Of a stretch of 20,000 bases of DNA, positions 12,667-20,000 are shown piece after piece (the first letter of the stretch is position 1; each line of letters starts with the position of its first letter). Source of the stretch: Seison nebaliae (Eukaryota); contig JALJEE010000748.1 in assembly GCA_023231475.1 (NCBI GenBank), forward strand, positions 53,674 through 73,673. The letters are read 5' to 3'. The notes beneath the pieces were generated by a model. That model saw nothing but the letters and a program-made list of their open reading frames with translations, did not search any database and had not been told where the DNA came from. The translations under genes were made by a program, and so were the position numbers.

Positions 12667-15159
12667 ATGCGCCTAACATCGTTCATGTTTATTTGCATCA
12701 CCACATTCTCACTAATAGTTGGTGCATTTACGCGGAACTATGTTCGTCATTCTCAACTCATTCCATTTCATATCAAATACAAACGAGGAACGTCCTTCAA
12801 CAAACACACTCCTCACATCATCCACCATCTCGATGATGAAAGTTTGAAGACGATTTCTTGGTGGAAAGACGATGATGAATATGATGATGATATTTCACAC
12901 GTTTTACATTCGACCAACTATGGGAATACTGAGAAAATTGATCGTCGTCACAAACGTGAAAAGAAGAAAAATAAACGAAATCTAATCTTTCCACCACCAT
13001 CACCACTTCAACACTCAATAACAACGACCGTTTTTACCGACAAGAAACCACCAACTTCTTCCATCAGAACGGAGATTGTGAGAAACGATAACCGTTTAGA
13101 TCATTATCGAAAGAAGAATGAAAAGTTGAAAGAGAATAAGAAAAATGAGAATAAAATAAATCATGAACAATTAATTAAGTTCGATATACCTTCCTTCAAA
13201 ACCATCACCAATTCCATCACGGCTTGCGTTTGTGCAACTGGCATCTATTTCAATATTAGCATAATTCTCATCTTTCGTCAAAGTACGAAAACGTTTAGTG
13301 CACTCACCTATAAATTCCTCTCAATTTTAGCTTTATTAGATCTGATCGGTTGTATTGTTGTTCTACCATATCTCATTCTCTCACTTTTCGTTAACGAAAC
13401 ATTATTATTGAGATACATCTACAATTATTACGTATTATTTGTATTTCTTCCATTCGCCAACTTATGTGTAGCGACGGCTGCTATCATGACAGTGTTGGTG
13501 GCAATCGAACGATTAGTATCAGTTCGTTGGCCAACGAAGAAAATTATACTTTTCCGTCATAATCGAACGATAACGGCCATTCTCTGCATTTTCCTCATTG
13601 CGTTAATTCTCAATCTACCCAACTTCTTCTCTTATGGTATTAATCATGATGTGCAACGTGTTCGTATGGTTCGTTTCCGTTATCCTCTAATCACCACTAT
13701 CAAAGAAGCGATTTTACGTATTGGTCCCATTTTCATTCTAGCCATAGTCAATTCAATGCTCATCGCAACTGTACGTCAATCACGTCATCGATTAACTAAA
13801 CGGGCAATTAATCCTCAACGTCTCACTAAACAACATTGTCTGTTATTGATACACGAGAGATTGAATGGATGGAAAGAACGTGTTCATTTCTCCAAGACGA
13901 ATAATAATAAGAAAAAGGAGAAGAAACCGAATCAGCAGGAACAATTATATAAGAAGAAACATCGACAGGAACGACAATTGACATTGATGACGATAATGTT
14001 CGTCTGTGTGTTCATTGTGGCGAGTGTACCGATGTGTATCGTAACAATCTATTCCATCATCGCACCATCACGTACTCAATCTCAGAAATTTATGATAATA
14101 AAAAGTGTCGTCAATTTATTGGAGATGTTACATCTCATCTCCAATTATACGAATAATTACATATTCAATACAACATTCAGAAATGCAGTGAATGAACGTT
14201 GTCAAAAAAGTAGTTGGAGAATATTTTGTCGTGATCAACTCAATCGAAAACTCTCGTTCATTTCACATAAACGACGATCATTATTAACCCAATCCAATAT
14301 CGTTCCCAATGATATGTCCGATATTTTCGAAGACAACAACAGTAACCCAACGAATCTTAGCATCAGTACTCATCATACCACGTCGATGTACGTCAATAAG
14401 AATTATGTACTTCAAAACGAACAAGACAATTTCCAATTATCGAATGGTGGAGATATGGAATTGAAAGATATGTCGGACAAGAATCATCTGAACGGAAATC
14501 AAAATAAGTATATTGAGAACAATTCCTTACCATCCAATTGTCTCCTTTCATATGGAAATGATGAGAAGAAATTAATAATTGATAATAAACATTCCTCATC
14601 TCATCATCAATCGATGACGACAAATAATGATTATGAGAAAGTTGACGAAAATAAATTAGTCGATGATAAATTGAAACAAAATAAATTATTCATAGATAAT
14701 CATGAGCAGAATGAGTCGATGATTGACAAAGGAGAAAAAGATGATTCGATATTAAAACGTCATTCGACTCAATTAGATAAATGTACATCGATAACTCCAA
14801 TTGAGAAGAATCCGATTGTCTATCATCCTCCTGAACGGATGGAAAAAGATTGTCAAACAACCATCAGTACAAGTCGAAAAAAGAAGAAACTTAAATGTCG
14901 ATCAGCTACTCGTATGTATCGACAGAAGAGATATCGAACACGTTTCTTGAATAATAGGAATAATCTTTCCGCACAAAAAATGTTTTATTCTACCGGCATA
15001 CTCTCTCACGTACATCTATCTGACGAAAAATTTACAACTAAATCACTTCCAATGATTATTATGGAGCAGCGATTACATAATGTTGATCGTGAAAAATATT
15101 CGACAGTCGTTTTCATTCGACGAATCAGTTCCTCTAACGACTACAGTTATTACGTCTAA
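12667..15159 (+). CDS. Rhodopsin-class (class A) orphan GPCR of the FMRFamide/peptide-receptor-like group, 830 aa, single coding exon
   Basis: 2493-nt ORF with a hydrophobic N-terminal signal-like segment and seven hydrophobic helices. TM1 GIYFN, TM2 LSILALLDL, TM3 end VAIERLVSVRWP (DRY-like ERL), TM4 LILNLPNFF, TM5 IGPIFILAIVNSMLI, TM6 QLTLM..FIVASVP, TM7/H8 SNYTNNYIFNTTFR. A splice acceptor (TTTTTTAG, ending 12634) lies 32 nt before the ATG, implying upstream non-coding exon(s) or trans-splicing. Confidence 0.92.
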   Translation: MRLTSFMFICITTFSLIVGAFTRNYVRHSQLIPFHIKYKRGTSFNKHTPHIIHHLDDESLKTISWWKDDDEYDDDISHVLHSTNYGNTEKIDRRHKREKKKNKRNLIFPPPSPLQHSITTTVFTDKKPPTSSIRTEIVRNDNRLDHYRKKNEKLKENKKNENKINHEQLIKFDIPSFKTITNSITACVCATGIYFNISIILIFRQSTKTFSALTYKFLSILALLDLIGCIVVLPYLILSLFVNETLLLRYIYNYYVLFVFLPFANLCVATAAIMTVLVAIERLVSVRWPTKKIILFRHNRTITAILCIFLIALILNLPNFFSYGINHDVQRVRMVRFRYPLITTIKEAILRIGPIFILAIVNSMLIATVRQSRHRLTKRAINPQRLTKQHCLLLIHERLNGWKERVHFSKTNNNKKKEKKPNQQEQLYKKKHRQERQLTLMTIMFVCVFIVASVPMCIVTIYSIIAPSRTQSQKFMIIKSVVNLLEMLHLISNYTNNYIFNTTFRNAVNERCQKSSWRIFCRDQLNRKLSFISHKRRSLLTQSNIVPNDMSDIFEDNNSNPTNLSISTHHTTSMYVNKNYVLQNEQDNFQLSNGGDMELKDMSDKNHLNGNQNKYIENNSLPSNCLLSYGNDEKKLIIDNKHSSSHHQSMTTNNDYEKVDENKLVDDKLKQNKLFIDNHEQNESMIDKGEKDDSILKRHSTQLDKCTSITPIEKNPIVYHPPERMEKDCQTTISTSRKKKKLKCRSATRMYRQKRYRTRFLNNRNNLSAQKMFYSTGILSHVHLSDEKFTTKSLPMIIMEQRLHNVDREKYSTVVFIRRISSSNDYSYYV

Positions 15160-15382
15160 CATTTCCATTCCTATATTTTTTTTGGTGTCTTTCTATTTAT
15201 TGGACAACCAATTTTTCTTATTTGGATTTCGATTATTATCGATCATCATATCTACAACAACCATCTTTCTCTCATCTAACGATATTGGACAGATATTCTT
15301 TCGATATTTTTCAAAAAACTTCTCAATCATTTCTTTTAGAAATCTGAAGAATTTGGAAGGAATTATCATAAATTTTACAAAC

Positions 15383-16643
15383 CCGGTTACGCATCGATCT
15401 TCTTCGTCAAATATGTCTTCGTCCACCGTATCCGCCACTAATCGAACATTGTAAGCATGGCGATTGAATAACATCACACGAATTCCAGCTAAAGTATATC
15501 GGAATTTCCGGAAGAATTTAAATTTCTTCTCACTGAAATAACAAGTGTCACCAAAGAAACCATATGTCACTGAATTAGTTGCCAATTGGCAATTATCATT
15601 CTCATTTGTGGTAGCGTTGAATTCTCTCACTTGGAATACATCCACTTCGATTTGATTACCCAGAACAATTTGGAGAATGGAATGTAAGAAATCATTCGTT
15701 CCATGAATACTGGAAATGGTGGCATCAGTCGATCCACTCGGTATGATACCAATTGGAAATCTTCCCATCAGTTGGAGATCTTCTAATGAATTTATTAATT
15801 CACTATAAGTACCATCACCACCGATGATAATTATTCTATAAAATAAAATTTTTTAATTTAATTGTCTCATTCAAATTTTAACCCATCGAACGTCTCAAGT
15901 CGATCCTGATTATCAGTTAAATATCTCGAAATGAATCCTCGATATTCCGTCACTAATTATTGGAGGAATTAAGGAAGGAATTAATAAAAATTGATAAAAA
16001 CAAATCGATTCTACAATTATTTGAAAATTTTGGAAATGTTTCATTGATTTTTTGAGAACGTTCTTACCAGATCGATTTCCTGATTTCGGATTACAAATAA
16101 TCAATAATTTTTTCGGACGATTTACTAATAATTGAAAATTTTATTTTTCTCTCAACCATAAATGAAAAAATGAGAACATAAAGATAATTTGTTTTGGACG
16201 AATCGTTCGATATTCTCACAAATATCATGATCGAGTGAATTGATTGTCAAATCTCTCAATTTGAATTGACATCGTATCGGTTTCTTTCGACAACTCTTCC
16301 TGATCCATGTCATTTTCAGAATGGAAAACATTTCTTTCGTTAATTTACTAATTCTCAAAATCTGATCAATAGGTACTTGTAATGTGCTAAGTCTCTTTTT
16401 CCTACACATTTCCAATATTAATTGATTGGTCAAATGATTATGATAAATTCGGAGTAGTTGAGATCGTTTCCCTATTAAATTGGTGCCCTCATTCTCAACA
16501 CAATGAACATGAGGTAATTCCCGAAAGTCATAAGTCAAATTAATATCACTAGTGAATGGAATCTCTAAATTGGAGGGCGTCAACGGTCGACTTTCCATTT
16601 CGAGCGGTGATATGTCATCATACACTTTCCGATAATTTTCCAT
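15383..16643 (-). CDS. CERK: Ceramide kinase, 5' exons 1-4 (16643..16178, 16124..16002, 15952..15883, 15835..15383)
   Basis: DAGK-catalytic (DAGKc) motifs RPKKLLIICNPKSG, FDGIIIIGGDGTYSE, IGIIPSGSTD (CERK-type GSTD rather than SphK GSGN) and YGFFGD..SEKK..RY..AG. Introns 16177-16125, 16001-15953 and 15882-15836 keep the frame. The first ATG is at 16643; the frame stays open back to an AG acceptor at 16704, so the exact start is uncertain. Confidence 0.9.
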
Positions 16644-16757
16644 CGATTCGAATTTAGTAGTCAAATCAAATCCACCGTCTCCAATGACAAGTGTGATAGT
16701 CGGCTATGAATTAGAAAATGATTTTTCATTAAATTAGACGGTTTTTAATTAAAGAAT

Positions 16758-16763
16758 TTTATT
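16758..16763 (-). promoter_or_regulatory. Putative polyadenylation signal (AATAAA) of PUS10
   Basis: AATAAA on the minus strand about 45 nt after the PUS10 stop. The AT-rich context makes a chance match possible. Confidence 0.45.
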
Positions 16764-16807
16764 AAAATGAAATTTAATATTTTTTTTTTAAATTATCATC
16801 AAACGGT

Positions 16808-18907
16808 TTATGGCCAATCGAATAATACTTCCTCCACATCCAATGTCACGATATCGAGTTGATCGATTGATAATAAACGAGATAAATTGGGTATGGTACG
16901 ATTCATATCTCCATGAATGAATTCCTTTACGTATGTTCCAGCTTCGGTTGTCAGCGAAATGGAAAAAAGACGATTATCATTGAGAAGTGAAATAATCGTT
17001 TTTTCTTCTTTCTCCTCTTTCGACATGTGTGAGAGGATGAATTGTTTGTTGAAATTGTAAGAGTTAATTTGAACGGTCTTCTTCCGATCTAATAAACTAC
17101 GACGATGACAAACTCGTAATGGAGTCGATTGAATTATCGTCATTTGTTTCATTTGAATAATTTCGTCTAATCGTTTCTTCATTTGATCGTGATGAATGAT
17201 GGTAGTGGAAGGAATGTAGACAAGAGCAGAATATCGTTTATTCTTATCTGATTCTCCAATTCTCATTTTGGCGGAAGCGAAAAATTTTGAAGTTAAATGA
17301 AATTGATGAATATCCATCGTCGTTTTATTCTCGTTGATCATTCCTTCTAACTCCTTCATTGGGAACATGAATTGATCTGATGTGGAATGAATATCGAAAA
17401 GTTCCTTCCGAAATTGAAGTGAAGAATTCCATAAATTGTTATCAGATTGTTTCCATTCGTTAATCGATGGGAATGTACATGGATCAAGAAGTTCGATAGT
17501 GAAAGGACGTCCATTACCTAACATGCGAACATCGCGATCTTCTCGACCACTTGCTTGAAAGATGAATGAAGAACAATTAAAACAATTGGCTAAAGGTACT
17601 CCAACCTCGTATTCGATACAATCGAGTACGGTCGATTTGGGTTGGAATCGAGAAATATTCAATTTTTCTTCCTTCAAACATTCCTTCGTTTTCTTCACGA
17701 AATTCCTGAGAATATTTGAATAAGTTTCTTCGATGGATTTCTTGTTAATTTCATCGAAATAATTCTTCTTTTTCATTTCGTCCATCCATTTGATTTGTTT
17801 CCAATTCGTATGGAAAATTTTCAAACTTTTATTTTTTTCGTGTTTTCGTTTTCTCGAATTCTTTGGGAGATTGAACGTCTGTTCGAATCGATTAGTAGTC
17901 GTGAGAGGAGTTTGATCCGTATCGAGCCATGGCGTCTGAAAAAACATTCGACTATATTTCCGATATCGTCCGACGAATGTAATGGAATCATGAAAACATT
18001 CCATGAACATCGAACATTCGATTGGTGGTGCCATGGGAAATGGTTTGGATGATGATTCGGATGATTTCTTCAAAATCGTTTCGTTCAAATGAAAGAAAGG
18101 TGAGAAAGTGGTAAGGAATTCATCGATAGGATTATCATCATGAGAACTATCGTCTTTATTTTTCAGTCGTTGAAAAAGACATTCAGTAAATGAAGAAAAT
18201 GTATTCAATGACAATTTCGAATAGAGATTGTTAATTGTTGAACTTTTCAAATTAGTCAAATAGAATTTGAGTATAAATTCATCTTCGTCCAAATATAAAT
18301 TTTCGTCATCGTCTTCACCATCGTTGTAGAGTGTTAGTGGTCGATGAAGATAATATGAGAATAATTCGGAATATGATAATTTCTTTCCTTCAATTCTCAA
18401 TCGAATGGCGAACGCTGCATTATTGGAATGAATTAATTCCAATCGAGAACTGACACTATCGATGAATTGCCCACGAATTAAATGTTTGATGGATGTGACG
18501 CCTTGTAAATAATGAGTCAAATTTAATAATCTCTTATCAAACTTTTTATCTTGTCTCTTCATGAGAAATAAAAAGAAATATAAATCTCTCAATTGGACAC
18601 TGAGTGGAAGTGAAATGATACAACGAAATATCGACAAATTATTCCTTCTTTCTTCCTCGATCTTTCTTGACAATATTCCAACTAATTCATCTTGATATGA
18701 ACTCTTCTTTATACAATTACAAATGTTCAGACAAACGACACATGGATATTCATTCTCCTCATTCTTCCATCGCTCATTCACATGAATCAAATGATGAATA
18801 TCTGGAAACAAATCCACATATCTCCCAATACAATATTCGCAGACATTCACTCCCGATTCCTTCTCCTTCATCTTCTCATCATACAAATCTACTATTCCGT
18901 CTGTCAT
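16808..18907 (-). CDS. PUS10: tRNA pseudouridine synthase Pus10 (699 aa from first in-frame ATG), intronless
   Basis: N-terminal zinc pairs CEYC and CVVC; GRYRKYSR..QTPW; catalytic motif SGREDRDVRMLGNGRPF; KRYSALV; QSTPLRVCHRR; TEAGTYVKEFIHGD..RTIPNL; C-terminal LDVEEV..DWP. The ORF-track start at 18928 is GTG; the first ATG is at 18907. Confidence 0.95.
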   Translation of the reverse strand: MTDGIVDLYDEKMKEKESGVNVCEYCIGRYVDLFPDIHHLIHVNERWKNEENEYPCVVCLNICNCIKKSSYQDELVGILSRKIEEERRNNLSIFRCIISLPLSVQLRDLYFFLFLMKRQDKKFDKRLLNLTHYLQGVTSIKHLIRGQFIDSVSSRLELIHSNNAAFAIRLRIEGKKLSYSELFSYYLHRPLTLYNDGEDDDENLYLDEDEFILKFYLTNLKSSTINNLYSKLSLNTFSSFTECLFQRLKNKDDSSHDDNPIDEFLTTFSPFFHLNETILKKSSESSSKPFPMAPPIECSMFMECFHDSITFVGRYRKYSRMFFQTPWLDTDQTPLTTTNRFEQTFNLPKNSRKRKHEKNKSLKIFHTNWKQIKWMDEMKKKNYFDEINKKSIEETYSNILRNFVKKTKECLKEEKLNISRFQPKSTVLDCIEYEVGVPLANCFNCSSFIFQASGREDRDVRMLGNGRPFTIELLDPCTFPSINEWKQSDNNLWNSSLQFRKELFDIHSTSDQFMFPMKELEGMINENKTTMDIHQFHLTSKFFASAKMRIGESDKNKRYSALVYIPSTTIIHHDQMKKRLDEIIQMKQMTIIQSTPLRVCHRRSLLDRKKTVQINSYNFNKQFILSHMSKEEKEEKTIISLLNDNRLFSISLTTEAGTYVKEFIHGDMNRTIPNLSRLLSIDQLDIVTLDVEEVLFDWP

Positions 18908-19586
18908 AATCTCGTGCAACTTCACCACCTATCCATTTCAGCTCAAAATTTCAACTCAAACTCTTCCAACTACTCAAATATTGGAGGACAATTCAAAGTG
19001 AGTAAACTTTTCGATCATTATCAACTATTAGCATAAACTTCGAATAATGACGATTCGAAAGAAAGATTTCTTACAACCTTTCTTGTTAGAAACATCCAAA
19101 TTCTCAGTTAGTTCTGAAAATCATAATAGAATAGCAAATTAATTTGGAATATATTTGGATATATTTTGAATAATAAAATATAATATGAAAATCGTCGTAA
19201 ATTAAGAAACTTAAAGGATTACTGTTAACACACAAGAAATAGGAGAAATGTGACATATTTGAGTAAGTAACAAAATAATCAATTATTCTGCAAGATATTT
19301 GAAAAATTGAGAGATCCAACAGAACTTCTGACGGAGAACATTACCGTTCTTGTGCCGCTTTTTTATGTAGTAGGAAATAAAGATATAGTTAGAAAATAAA
19401 TATCACAATATTCTATCACAGAATAAAATTCAATCGAAGATTTTTTGAATTTAACATCAATAAAGAAAAAATAATGTACGATATTTACATTCTTTGCCAT
19501 TGGTTGACACAATTATCTAAATGTTTATATCTGTCAATAAATTTATAAATTGAACAAAATCATTGATCCCGAATCTATATTCTCCC

Positions 19587-20000
19587 TTATCGCATTAAAG
19601 ATATTTGTGATCTCTTGAAATAAACCGCCTTGATTTCAAAGTTTCCATCACAAAAATTAGCCCAATCTGAAATTGAAATTTCAATGTTGTTTGCAACACA
19701 TGACAATGTCTCAGTAGAATTGAAATTACATTGGAACTCTTTAAAGTAAGGAGAATATATACCATCAGATATATATAGATAGCATGAAACAAATAAAGGA
19801 AATTCGCTATCCATAATATTTCCATACATTTTTAATACATCAATTCCATGTTTGTCTGGCTGATTTGAATCCATAATGATAAATTCATACTGAAAATATG
19901 AATATATATCCAAAAAAATTAATTAGAAAATTATACTGATAGTTGTTCCGGTTCAATCGTTCTTTCCAAATATTGACGGAATGGACGAGATTCTAATAAG
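19587..20000 (-). CDS. Unidentified spliced gene fragment (5' end outside window); exons >20000..19937 and 19889..about 19587
   Basis: The open frame LLESRPFRQYLERTIEPEQLS joins in phase across a 47-nt GTATAA..TTTTCAG intron to a ~100-codon frame YEFIIMDSNQPDKHG...; I recognise no family, and the 3' end is uncertain. Confidence 0.45.

Larger units (their letters stand above)
4299..15382 (-). other. Giant intron 4 of CERK (11,084 nt) hosting a nested antisense GPCR gene
   Basis: Donor GG|GTTTGT at 15382 and acceptor GAGCAG|A at 4299 are both phase 2. Joining them gives RCVTG-CEKC, the CERK CxxxCxxC motif. The spliced CDS is 1545 nt (514 aa plus stop), close to the normal CERK size. Confidence 0.85.

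Noticed and set aside
12818..15454. Short antisense or overlapping ORFs (12818-13024, 14393-14623, 15080-15454)
   Set aside because: Shadow frames of the GPCR and CERK coding regions.
15383..16643. Sphingosine kinase or acylglycerol kinase assignment
   Set aside because: GSTD, CxxxCxxC and GLAP..HLGDG motifs fit ceramide kinase better.
17795..19036. Plus-strand ORFs overlapping PUS10
   Set aside because: Antisense shadows of a well-supported CDS with no motifs of their own.

Overview
AT-rich eukaryotic (animal, probably invertebrate) genomic DNA using the standard code, with mostly 47-71 nt GT-AG introns. The window opens with the 3' part of a HUWE1-type HECT E3 ligase gene (+, <1..1934, 5 exons visible). 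A 7-exon ceramide kinase (CERK) gene lies on the minus strand (16643 down to 3384, 514 aa after manual splicing). Its 4th intron is 11,084 nt and contains an intronless 830-aa rhodopsin-class peptide-receptor-like GPCR on the opposite strand (12667..15159). An intronless PUS10 pseudouridine synthase (-, 18907..16808) ends about 100 nt upstream of the CERK first-exon acceptor. A fragment of an unidentified spliced minus-strand gene occupies the right edge. The most notable observations are: (1) all ten HUWE1 and CERK intron donors begin GTT rather than GTR; (2) the GPCR is nested in a giant intron that splits the CERK CxxxCxxC motif; (3) the PUS10-CERK junction looks operon-like or bicistronic, and a putative 101-nt GTT..AG intron would place CERK in frame behind the PUS10 stop. 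Gene models were built by eye from remembered family motifs; no database search was run.
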